A program made the translations under genes and the position numbers. DNA of 64,000 bases from Geosiphon pyriformis uo1 (Eukaryota; Fungi; Glomeromycota), in NCBI GenBank assembly GCA_016748015.1, contig JAAOMT010000231.1, forward strand, positions 73,479 to 137,478, read 5' to 3'. Every line of letters starts with the position of its first letter. The stretch's first letter is position 1. Shown here piece by piece: positions 1 through 11,898 of this stretch. Under the pieces are notes generated by a model. It saw nothing but the letters and a program-made list of their open reading frames with translations. It had not been told where the DNA came from and searched no databases.

Positions 1-1097
1 CTAATCTTGAACTCAACTGGTTTGTTTGGTAGTTGACTATTGTGTCTTTTTTTCTGTTTCTTTTGTGACTTTTGAATATTATCAGCTGCTCTTTTTTGTT
101 TGTTTTCCAATGTTTCCATTAAGTTATATGTTCTTTTCAACAATGTTTCCTAGAAATTCTCTTCTGTTATTGGTTCAGTTAGATATGTGTTGACTTCTAT
201 CTTAACTGGTATTGTTGCTGTTCTACCATATACTAATTCAAATGGTATTGCTTGTGTAGTATCTTGCTTCATTGTCCAATAAGCAAATAGTACTAATAGT
301 ATAAACAAATCTCATTTGTCCTGGTTTTCTTGGCTGAGTTTGGCAATTGTTTTACACAATGTTCTATTAAATCTTTCAACTAAACCATTTGTTTGTGGAT
401 GATATGGTAATGATAGTGGTCTTTTAATTCCGAATTTTTGGCTCAATTCTGTTAGTGTTTTGTTTACAAAGTGAGTTCCTTGGTCTGATAATAATTCTTT
501 TGGACATCCATGTTGACAAATCAAGTCTTGATGAACAAATTTGGCAACAGATTTTGTATCTGCTCTTTGAATTGCTTTTGCTTCTGGCCATTTAATGAGA
601 TAGTCCATGGCTACTGCAATATATCTATTTCCTCTGCTGGTAATTATTAATGGTCTGACTAAATCAATTCCAATGTGATCAAATAGTTGTTCCACTTTGA
701 TTGGTCTTAATAGCTCACTGGGTTTTGTTCCTCTTTTTCTTTGACAAGAATCACAATTTTGGACATATTAGATGATGTCTGGATACATTGATAGCCAATA
801 GTATCTTTTTCTGGTCCTTTTCATGGTTGTTTCTTTGTAGAAATGTCCTGCTGTTGAATCTGAGTGCATGTTGAACAGTATTGTTTCTTTCTCTGGCTCT
901 GTAATTACTTTGGTTGGTTGATCTGGATTTTGTCTATTCTTCCGGTAAAGTATATTTTGATAATTGATAAAATATTTTGATTGTTGCTTGATGCTATTTT
1001 GTTCTTTTTGAAATAATTTCTCCTTGAACTGTTGGGTATTTATATAGTGTTGAAGCTGTTGGCATTTTTGTGTGTTTATCTTTTGTTATATTTTCAT
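1..1097 (-). pseudogene. GyA-1 integrase (zinc-binding region + DDE core), disrupted
   Basis: ORF 312..695: HIGIDLV..WPEAKAI..LLSDQGTHF..YHPQTNGLVERFNRTL; HSD..GHF..CDSCQ upstream; internal stops. Confidence 0.93.
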
Positions 1098-1140
1098 TGG
1101 GTTTGGTTTGGTTTTATTATATTTTTGGGTTGAAATGTTT

Positions 1141-2400
1141 TTAGATTTGTCTTATTTGTGACAAACTGTTGGCATTTCCATTGTCTTTTCCCTTTTTGTA
1201 ATGTTCTGTATAATTGAATGGTAATAGTGCTATTTTCTATCTTGCATGTTAATTATCTCCAAATTTTTGTTTTTGGATTGCTGTCAATCTCTTGTAATCA
1301 ATATGTATTTCAAATCTCTGACTCAAGTATTCTTTTCATTTCATGACTGCCCAATAGATTGCTAAGTGTTCTAATGCTGGTGTTCCATAATTCTTCTTGG
1401 CTGGTGTATGCAACTAGATGTTCTCTTTCATCTGATCCTCTCTGAGATAGCACTGCTCCCAATGCTTGACTTGATGCATCAGTGGTGATGATGAATGGTT
1501 TACTATAATCTGGATAGATTAATACTAGAGCTTGAATAAGCTTTCCTCTTAAGATATCAAATGCTTCTTGCTGGTTTTTAGTCCATTCATATTTTATATT
1601 CTTGGTTTGGAGATGATTGAGTGGCTGAGTTATCTTAAAAAAGTCCTTGATAAAATGGCAATAATAGCCTGTAAATCCTAAGAATAATTTTAACTCGGTT
1701 ATGTTGGTTGGTATTAGAAATTTTTTTACTATCTCTATCTTATCTGGATCTGTTTTGATGCCATCTTTGCTTACTATATGTCCTAAGAACTTGAGTTCTG
1801 TTTTGCCAAAGAAACACTTTGTTGTATTTAATTTTAATCCAGCACTTTTCAGTCTTTCAAACACTTGTTGGAAATGATATAGATAGTTGTTAAATGTTTT
1901 TGAGAACACATTGGTGTCGTCCAAATAGACTACTACTGATTTTCACAATAAGCTGGTATATACTATTTCCATTAGCCATTGAAATATGGCTAGAGCATTC
2001 ATCAAGCCAAATGGCATGACTTCAAACTCGAAATTCCCTTTTTTTGTTATAAAAGCTGTTTTTTCTTTGTCTGCTGAATTCATGGCTACCTGCCAGTATC
2101 TACTGTCTAGATCCAGTATTGAGAACTATTTATTTTCTTCAAAAGCATTGAATAGCTCCTGAATTCGTGGAGTTAGATAGCTGTCTCCATGAGTGACTCC
2201 ATTGAGTTTTCTGTAGTTCACACAAAATCTGATCTTTCTATTTTTCTTCTGGACGAGTACCACTGGTGATAACCATGGGCTCATAGATGGCTGAATTAGC
2301 CCATTGTCAAGCATTTGGTTGATCTCTTGATGGATGATCTCATGGCTGGCTGGTGGTACTCTGTAGGCTCATTGTTTAATTAGCATATGTTGGAGTGGAT
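1141..2400 (-). pseudogene. GyA-1 reverse transcriptase + RNase H, disrupted
   Basis: SPWLSPVVLVQKK..RFCVNYRKLN; YLDDTNVFS; FLGHIV; TTDASSQALGAVLSQ; ends in TAA at 1141-1143. Confidence 0.95.
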
Positions 2401-2849
2401 TTAAATTTTCCATGTTCATTTGTTCCAATTGTTCTGGTTGGAGCAAATAACATTCATTTTATCTGTAGATTATTTGTAATATAATATCCACATATCCACA
2501 TAGCTGTAAAAAATCTGGAATAATGCTTGGTAGTTGATTTTCTAATTCAGTGCTCATGTATTCAATGATGATTTCCTCTGGTATTGTGATGGTGTCTTCT
2601 GTTGTATTGTAAATGAGAATTTTGATATGATTGTGGCTTTTGGCTAATATGTAGAGATTAATGAGTCCAATCTCTTCTGATTCATAAAGGCTTGTTTCTG
2701 CTTCAAAAATCTGATCCTTATCTTTCACTTTTTTCTCTATAACTACCATGTACTGGTCATATGGTGAAATGGAAATTACTTGACCAGTTGAGATAATTTC
2801 TCCTTGGCCAATAATTTCTTTTTCTGTTATATTGACTGGTACGTCTATT

Positions 2850-3244
2850 CTACCCATTGATCCAAATCTCTGTATCCCTTTTACAGTAATTCCTAGTTTT
2901 TTCCTTTTTTCTACTGACACTAATTGAGCTATTTTCACCAGAGGTAGGAATATTGCTTGTGCTATCTTTTAATTTGGCTCTATGATATAGGCCTTTTCTG
3001 AGTCGTTTTGTAGCATGGCAATGATATTTCTTACATATTTCGCATCAATTATTTCTTCTCTTATATTAATCTCTCTTTTCACTAAACTACTTCTGGAAGT
3101 TAATTGAACCATAGTTGTTGCTGGTATTTCCAATGCTATTTTCAGATTAATGCAGGTGTGCAAATGTGGCTCTAATTTAATGGCATCTTTCCCTAGATAT
3201 CTCAGATCAAACCCAGCATCCATATCATGCATGCATTTTGGCAT
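2850..3244 (-). pseudogene. dut: dUTPase domain in GyA-1 polyprotein
   Basis: Five trimeric dUTPase motifs in order: DAGFDL, SRSS, IIDAKYV (decayed), KIAQ, GIQRFGSMG. Confidence 0.9.
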
Positions 3245-4449
3245 GATACTTTCATTGTTATCACTAAACCATTTAAGTTCCTGTTTCTTTGTGAGGTCAG
3301 AAAGTGCAATATATTGTTCATAATCTGAATTGGAGTTTGACTCTGAGTTATTTTTATCACCATATTGAACAAAGCTGGAACTGTTGTTTTCTTTGTCATT
3401 GTTATTGGAGTTTGAATCGGGATTGAAATTTGATTCTGATTCCAATGTACAGCTGCTAATTGGTTTTTTTTCCTCTAGAATCATGTAGATTATGCATAGT
3501 GATGGATTGTAAATAAGGTCACACTTATTACAATATTGGAAGTCACATGGAATCAAACAGTGGTCACATAGTTAAGTGTTTAACTATGCTAAATGCTCTT
3601 CCTGTTTTTCTCTTGTGGGTGCCAAAGTTTAATAGTGTTTATGAAATTCCTCTGGTTCCAGAAGATTTATGACTGGTTTTTTGTCCCAGTCAAGTTTCAT
3701 AGGTTCTAGTAGGTTGTTTTTGATCTCTCTGATTTCTTCGAGTGTCACTCCTTCTATTTTTGCATTTGTCATTTTCCAAATCTCGTTATTGTTATATGGA
3801 CAACTGTCTAATCATTGTACTGCTCTTCTCCAGGCTGCTTTTATTGGTGTTTCTTTCCTAATCCAGTCACTTATCAAGATCATGTATTGACACAACTTGT
3901 CACATGTTCCTCTTCATCTGAAAATGTTGTTCTACATTCCTTTGTCTAAGAAAGTTTTTCCACAAGCGAAACAAAGTTGATTATCCCATTTTTCTTGCTT
4001 CTTCAGTCGTCCAAACCTTTTTATAATGCATGCATGGCAGTAGAACTTAGTCGCTGCTGAGTATTCTTCATCATTATCATAGCATGCACCTATTGTCGAC
4101 AGTTTTTTGCTGCAATTGACACATACAAGCTTTGGTCGATGATAGTTGATTAGTTGTGGTAATGGGTGGATATATGGAGCATAGATGGCTGTGAGTAGTG
4201 ACTCTTTTTCCTTTGTCTTTGTCTTTCTTTTCCTATTTTTATTCTCTTTCCACTCCCAATTTCTTATTTCCTTCTGGTTTTTGTTGATTTCCCAGTTGTT
4301 GTTAGTGTTCCAGATAAGTTCGGTTTCTTTTTGTTTCCCTTTCCCTTGGTCATCTCATGATAGTATTGGTGGCAGTTTGTTGTGGTTTTTGTTGGCCCAC
4401 AATACTTAGTAGACTTCTCAGGTAGGTTTTTTTTTTCTTCCTCAAACTT

Positions 4450-7206
4450 AATTAGTGGTGTTGTTATAGTGGTCGTCTTGAAGTGGCCACATGCGACTGG
4501 TACCCATGTGTGTCGACCATTCTGGCTAAGTGCTAGTTCTTAAGTCATTTAATTAAGTATAGTGTTTGTTTTAATAAGCCAGTCATTACCAACTAGGGCT
4601 TGGTATTGAGTGGCTTTTATTACCAAAACTTTGATAGGAACTGTAATGCCATTGACTTCAAAAGAGAAGTTATCAATCTCACCAATAAAAGTTTTGGTTG
4701 CTCTATTGGCTGTGATGATCCTTGTACTGGCAGCTCTGTCAACTTGGTAACCTAATTGATTAATGAGTTGTTTGGTGATGATGCTGCCAGCTAATCCACT
4801 ATTCAGAATCAGTTTGATATACTGACCATTGACATTGGTATCAGTATACATCATGGTTATTGGTTTAGTGTCCAAAGCGGCTCCACTAAATAATAGAACT
4901 GATGTGATTTCCTCAAGTTCAAATGGGAATATGGCAGCAAGTAATTTGTTTTCAGTGCTGGTGGCTGGTGGAATGTTGCTAGTAAGTGGCTTCTGATTGG
5001 TTTTCTGTTTGCTAGATGCAGCATCTTCTGGGGTGATCAAAAGACTTAAGTAGTTTTGAGAACTCAGGTTTTGGTTATATCTGGCTCCTGAACTCTACTG
5101 GCATGATTCTGATAGTTGATTTGATAAACTGGAGATCAGTTGATGTACTACCATTGTCAATTTCCAGTTTTGTTGTGTCATTCTCGGTTTTTGGGTTCCA
5201 TTTTGAGATAAGTTTTGTGGCGATGTTTGAATTTGGGGTGTTTGATAGATTAACTGGGACTGTGGCTGATAAATTGTTGGTGGCTGCAGTTAATAAATGG
5301 CCTGTGGTTGATATACTGGAGTTTGATATACCAGTGGTTGATAGATTGGCTGTTGCATTATGGGCTAATAAGTAGATTGATCTTGATTTTGATAGTTATT
5401 TGGGGTTTGGAACTGGTGATCAGGGTTTTGATATTGATTTCCTGATCATGGGTTGCTATAAGTATGGCAATTGACTCAGATATGGCCTTGCTTACCACAG
5501 TTGTGGCAGACATATGTCTCTTGCTGCCATAACTGATTTAGTATTGCTGATGATAATGGACATGACTGATTTTGGAAACAATTTGTGTTTCCCTGATTAT
5601 TATGTTATTGAGAAGGCTAATAAACTGAGTGATTGTCAGCTAAGTATCTCTCTATTTTCTGATTAATTGTTTCTCTGAATTTTTCCAATTTGGAATCCAA
5701 TTCAGATGATCTGTTCATTACTAAATTAATGGCTTGGGCATGATTGGCCTTTGACTTAGCTGATTTAAAATCTCTGGCACATGTGACTGCATCTTGAAGG
5801 TTGCCTGGATGCAACAAATGTACATGTTGCAAGATACTGCTGCATAGACCACGGATAAACTGGTTGAGGATCTGTGGTGCTGTAAAATAATTGGCATCAA
5901 TTGCTTGGATTTGGTGCAGGTTTCTATGGAAGCATCTTAAATAAGTAGTGACTGCTTCAGTTTCTTCTTACTTCATAATAGTGAATGTATTGACTAGGTG
6001 ATTGATACTGTTATTGTTGTTGAAGTATCTTAAGAATTCTACTTTGCAGACAATGAAGTCTTATTAATCAAGCTCTGATATCATGAATTGGCAGTATTCT
6101 TGAGAAAATAAAGAATGGCTTGTATTGCTTGGGCGTCATTCCATCTGTTAGTTGCAATGGCTTTTTCTATATCATTCAGCCATACTTGAGCATCATCCTC
6201 TTCACTGGTAAAATTGTCGAGTTTTGTGATTGGTGTGTAGGCTATTGGGTCTAAGTTGGATTGTTGTGGTGGCTGTTAAAGTGGTTGTTGTATGGGTTTG
6301 GCTATTGAATTAATTGGTGGTTGATTGATGACAATTACCAGAAGTAAGTTTGTTTGGTTAGTTAGATTGGGATTTCAATTATTCTGAGTTGGTGGTATCT
6401 GAATATTCAGAGTTTCAATTTCCAGATTTTCTAGATTTAGATGTTTCAGAGTTTGAATGTTCGGGGTTTTAAATTCTGGGTTTTCTGGGATCGGGTTTTG
6501 GTAAGTTAATTCCTGATCTTCAGATTCTTTTTTTTTTCTTCTTGTTTTCTTTCCAATTCTGTGACTTTCTAAGAACTCACAGTTTCAAAATCTGGTTAAG
6601 GTGATGGTAATTGAAATTTTGATGTGTTGGTGATTATGATTTAAATCTTTCAAAATATGTGCTGTATGGTCCTAATAAGTCTTCTTTCCTTTGTTTACTT
6701 TGAAATAAGAATCATTCAAATGTTGATGTTGCGTTTGATATAGACACGCCTGCTGCTGCAATATTGATGGCATTTCCAGGAGTATAATAATATGATAGAT
6801 TTATAGGTGATTCAATTCTGTGTTTCTTTCAAGTAGGTGGTTGGATATGTTAAAGTGTTACTGCTGGTGTTTGTAGTTTTTTTTTGCCTTTACTTGCATA
6901 GGTGATTGGATATTTCTGTTGTGTGTGATGTTCAATTTCTTTATTAATCTCAGTAATGATGAATGTGAAATTATAGTTTGTTGATAAGCTGCTGTTTTGG
7001 ATTAATTTGTTGTAAAAAGTTTCTCTTGCTGATTCAGTATTTGTTGCTGTTCTTAATAAGTAGGCAATTCTTTCATTGACATAAAAATTGCAGGCTGATT
7101 CTGCTGATATGTGATTCGGGGTTAATTCCAAGTGTTAACAGTAGTGTTAAAATAAGGATTTTGCAAATTCTAAATGATTTGCTCCTATATTTTTTGATTC
7201 TGCCAC
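4450..7206 (-). pseudogene. GyA-1 gag (N-extension, capsid-like region, CCHC knuckle 5467-5508, Q/P-rich tract) fused to aspartic protease
   Basis: PITKLDNFTSEEDDAQVWLNDIEKAI; CHNCGKQGHI*VNC; KLILNSGLAGSII (DSG decayed)..ALVGNDWL. Confidence 0.88.
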
Positions 7207-7247
7207 TGTTGATTTATTTGTTGGTGCTGGTTTTCTGTAAAATTATA

Positions 7248-7264
7248 CCTCACAGAGAGCACCA
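7248..7264 (-). promoter_or_regulatory. Primer-binding site TGGTGCTCTCTGTGAGG (GyA-1)
   Basis: Starts with TGG 2 nt inside the LTR end; identical 17-mer in GyB-2 at 29187-29203. Confidence 0.9.
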
Positions 7265-7266
7265 AA

Positions 7267-8122
7267 TGTTACAAGTGATTACTTGGAGTCTTAAATCAAA
7301 TAACAAATCCATAACTTGGTGCTCAAAAGCTATTTGCGTGGATAGTGATCTGAAGATATTGTTTATCTGAAAATTTTGATTGAGTTTTTTGTATAATAGA
7401 CAGAGATTCAATAGTTGTTTTATCCATAGCTTCTCAGAATCGCAATTCTGTCAATTTTTTTTTCAGCTTGGTGGCCAGCAATTCTCTGGTAAGTAATCTG
7501 TAATTCACTTTATGTGCTCTACCCACTTACAGAGGTCTTTTATCAGGCAATCTTTGATGTCAGTAATCTAGTGCTTTTAATCAATTAGTACACAATAATA
7601 AAATCAAAGAAAGAAATAAAGCAAATAAGAAAATAAAGAAAACAAAAAAATAAGCCAAGACAATATGCAGATTAGTATTTGTCAATAGCCATAATCAAGA
7701 GCTATTGTTCCAGTGTGGTCAAGTATCAATTATTATCAACATGAGATGTTGATAATAGAGAGTAGAATTAGATATTAGAATAATTATTTATTTGATGATT
7801 GTGAATTAGAAGATTGTCTAAATGAAATCAAACAAAAAAGTCTGTCTTTTCAGCTTCTAATACTACTGCTATATATACATAATTGAGATTCCTCAATTCC
7901 TTAATTCTTCATAACAGGAATCCTAGAATTTCTGGAATCCTGTGATTTCATTAAGAGGAATCCTGAAATTTTGGAATTCTGCAATTTTTTATGTGAGAAT
8001 CCTGCAATTCCTGGAATCCTGCAATTTTTCTAAGAAGAATTCTGAAATTCCACATTTACTACATCTACTTCTGATTGGCTAATAACTATGCTGATATGTT
8101 TCTTATATTTCTATGAGTAACA
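7267..8122 (-). repeat. GyA-1 5' LTR (856 bp)
   Basis: TGTTAC...GTAACA termini; CCAAT, ~9-bp tandem repeats (~7885-8055) and TATATATA; homologous to 19294-20141 and 37232-38083. Confidence 0.93.
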
Positions 8123-9797
8123 ACAGTTAATATAATGATTTTGTTAAAATTTAGCATAAAATTAATCTTGATTTTTTTTCTTTTTTTTTGTAAAATTAAA
8201 CGAATTAATAGTTAATTTATTTATATTATAATTATTATTAATTATATTAAATACATAAAAGTTGTATTTTTTATTGGCTTGTACTTTTATTTTTTGAAAA
8301 TATATTTAAAACTAATAAATAATAGCTTTAATTAAAAAATTTTCTCCAAAAAAATTTAAATTTATATGATTAAGTTTTTAATTAAAAATATTATTATTGT
8401 TAACTTTATTGTTTTGGTTATTATTGTTTTAAGAATTGGTAAAAACAAAAATAAATTGTTATAATTTTTTAAAAAGTGTTTAGTTAATTTACAATAACAT
8501 ATAAATAGATCATGATTTTGTTGTTTTTAATTATAAAATAATTGTTAAAATTGATTAAAGTAAAATTTAAATCTGGGTTTTTGAAATTGTTGGGTTTTTT
8601 TATTGTTTATGTCAATAGTTTCAATAATAAAACAAAATTAGCAGTAAGTTTATATATAAATTATTTAATTAAATCTTAAATTTGAATAAGAAAAAAAGTA
8701 ACAACTATTTAAAAAATTAAAACCAAAACAGAAGCAAAAATTATAAATATAAATTTAAAATAAATTTTTTGATTGTTTTTAATTTTTTAAGTAAGTTTAA
8801 TGATTATATTTATTGTAAAATTATTTTTTAAAGCCAAAAAAAACCAAAAAGCATATAACAAGTTAATTTTAATTTTTTTGTAAAAAAATAAATTTTTTGT
8901 TTTTTAGTTTAATTTTTTTTAAAGTTTATTTATTTAATTAGCTTTTTATAATTTTAATATATTTAGTTACAACTTTATTAGAATTTTGAATTTTTTTTTT
9001 TAGTTTTATGCATTATTTAAATTTTAAATATTAAATTTAAATTTTTAAATTTTTGTTCAAACTAAGTAGTAAAAAAAGTATTATTTTTCTAATATTTTTA
9101 GAGTTTATTTTTTTTTTTAAAAAAAATACTGGTAATAGTTTTTTATAAAAACAGATAACAAAAATTTTTAAAAAGTAGCTATTAATAATTTAAAATTTAT
9201 AAACATTATTTTATTAATTAACTATTATTATTTTTTTAAAATTATTTAATTATTTAATTAAATCTTATATATTGTCTTTAAATAAAGATAATAAAATATT
9301 ATTTTTTCGTCTTAAAGTAATTTATATGTTTTAAAAAATAGTCAAAATATTTGTTTATATAAGATTAATAATTATTGATTTAAAAATAGCTGTTTAGTAA
9401 AAAAATTTAATTTACTTAAAAAAAAATTAAAGCAAAAACAGTTTAATAGCTTTTTTTTCTGTTTTAAAAAAAGTTTTAGTTATTTAAAAATAAATTTGAT
9501 AATTTAATTGTTTAAATTAAATAATAGTTATTTGAAAATAATAAAATATAAAAAATAATTAATATTGTTTTTTTCTTTAAAAAAATCTTTAAAATAAACA
9601 TGATCAAAGAAATATATAGTATAAACAATATAAAATTTAATTAAATAATTATTTAAAAATTAGTTTCAAAAATTTTGGAATTGTTTATTAGATTAATTCT
9701 CAATAAAAAAATAAATTAAAAAAAATAAAAAATCAAGTTCAATAAAATTTAAATTATTTCTGTTATATATTATAACAGATATAATAAATATTTATAT
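8123..9797 (-). mobile_element. Ghost GyB-0 internal gag/leader region, heavily A/T-converted
   Basis: Collinear with GyB-1 50884-52625 once C>T/G>A is allowed, e.g. 8330 'aaaaaattttctccaaaaaaattt' vs 51107 'gagaatcctctccaaagaaatt'; 9650-9760 vs 52450-52570. Confidence 0.8.
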
Positions 9798-10106
9798 TAT
9801 TATAGATTAAAACAACAAGTTAATAAATAGTAAGATAGAACAAAATTATATGATAATATAAATAATCAAAAAAATTCAACTTTAAAGAACAAATTAAATT
9901 AGTAAAAATTTAATGTAAAATCAGTTTTATAAATAGTTTAATTACTATTCTTTCCAAAAAATAACCTTTTTTTTCTCCTTTGTCCAATATTCCCAAAAAA
10001 GAGTCAAAAGTTTTTTGTAAAAAAGTTTATTTTCACAATTCAGTACAATAAATCTAAACTATTTATTCTCAACTACGAGGCCACTGTTAACAGTAGTATT
10101 GCTGTT

Positions 10107-11898
10107 ATGAAAAAAGCTGCTGAAGCTTCTGGTTCTAATGCTGGCTTTAAGCCTGTTCTCCCAAGAAAAAAAAGAAAAGATGGTGTTTTAAAAGAAAGTT
10201 CAAATAGTAGGGTTGTTATTCCTAAAGTTCAAATTAGTCATTCGTGGAGTTCAGAAGCTGGAGATACCACTGGATCTGACAGTATTGACATGAAGAAGGA
10301 ATATCTAATTGAAGAAACCAGTTTTGATTTCGGAGAGAGTGGAGCTCTTACAGAAGAAGACCTTAATCAAACACTTACAGGTTCTAAAGTCAAAATGACG
10401 AAAGCATTGGGAAGCCTCTTGGTAAAATTAACTTTTTGGCTGGTAGTGATGATAATAATATTCTCTTAGATGCTCTTCTAGATCTGCCTCCTCCCTTGAA
10501 GAATGTGGTCAATGTTTCGGTCAGGAAGTTTTTTGTGTTGGATATTGGCTTGGATAAGGTATCTGGTAAATCTTCTCAGGAAAAGCTTGTGGTGGTGAGG
10601 AAATTATTTTCTGAAATCAATGGTTTTGGGGGGAGACGTCTACTTTCTCAAAATTCTCGGGGATCATCAGAGCGATGTTTACTTACAAATCGAGTCTAAT
10701 GAAAGCTATTGATAAGGCTGTGAATGTGAAGATCTTAGTGAACACCAATCTCAAAAAATCATTTGGACAGTCAGATCGGGCTGTGGTCATAAAAAAAATT
10801 CTGATCAGAACATCAGCTAAGGCTGTATGCACTGTGCTATCCAAGTTTGGAGTTATTAAGGCAATTAAGATACAACTAATTGGGCTGTGACAGAAGGCAG
10901 TGGTGGAATTTGAGCAATTGGATCAGGCTGATTTGGTCGTGGCTGAATGGTCTATTCTGATCAGGAAAGATGCTGTATGTGTGGCTAAGGCTAATTCAGA
11001 CAAGGAAACATGGGATGCAAGGAATCGACATAGGGTGCTGCTCTACATATTGCCAATGGGGACTAATGCTTATAATATCTGGGACTTTGTTAGATCTGTG
11101 AGTGGAAAAATGTGCGTCATTAATTGTCATTCTGTTATGTATGCTCAAGCCAGGTGTGTTGTTGTTTGCTTTGACTCTGCTGAATTATTGGTTGCTGCTA
11201 TGGGAACCATGCCAGTACTTAGAAATGCCAATCTCCACTGGTCTCGCCTCATTTCTGCTAAATATGCCAAGTGTGAGAAGTTAGGTCATATGTTATTGGG
11301 TTGTGTAGTTGGTGGAAAATTTTCTTCTGGTAATTCATTACATTGGGCTTTCTCAGACACAGATAAAAGCAGACTGGCAGCCATCTATGCCAAACGCTTG
11401 GCTCCAGTTGCTCATCCGGTCTCTTTTGGTGGTCTTTCATGGATGATGGTTGCTTGCAAATCTTCTGTCCTTCCCCCCTCTGGTCAGAATGTTTTGGTGA
11501 ATAATGGCTTCTCTTCAGAGATGAAGCCATTCCTACCAGTTGCAATGAAAATCGACAATAGGTTTGCCACTCTTGAGCGCAGTTTTGCCAACCTTGTGGA
11601 GCAAGTTGGTAAGCTGGCTATGAGGTTGGATGCACTCGGACTGATGGTTCTCCAGCCTAGCCCTGGATGTCAGCCATTGGTAACTCTTTTATTACAGGAT
11701 TGAGGGGCGGATGTAGTAATGAGTAAGGACTCGGGTGTGTCTACTAATGATAGAACTGTCATGGAAGCAGTGTCTTTCAATATGTCTTTGGTATCTAAGC
11801 TGGAAGACAGCATGAAGTGTTTAATAGAAACAGTTCTGAGTCTTTTAGCCAAAGTGAATATTTTTGGTGCGAGTTTGGTGTTTCTACCTCTCACTTAA
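10107..11898 (+). pseudogene. LINE ORF1 (RRM-like + zinc knuckle + coiled coil), disrupted
   Basis: RAVVIKKI..AVCTVLSKFG..KAVVEF; YAKCEKLGHMLLGC (decayed CX2CX4HX4C); frameshifts and stops. Confidence 0.82.

Larger units (their letters stand above)
1..8122 (-). mobile_element. GyA-1: Ty3/gypsy LTR retrotransposon, family A (gag-PR-Cys-rich-dUTPase-RT-RH / IN); 3' part lies outside the window
   Basis: Minus-strand domain order: gag, CCHC, protease, dUTPase, RT, RNase H, integrase. 5' LTR 7267-8122 and PBS present. Right flank ACAG (8123-8126) lies in ghost GyB-0. Confidence 0.95.

Noticed and set aside
3669-5375. Hydrophobic antisense ORFs (and similar ones across the window, e.g. 40495-40880, 58755-59171)
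   Set aside because: Shadows of TE coding strands; no independent motifs.
7885-8055. Heat-shock elements in the A LTR
   Set aside because: Isolated TTCnnGAA occur, but the ~9-bp period breaks the alternating nGAAn spacing.
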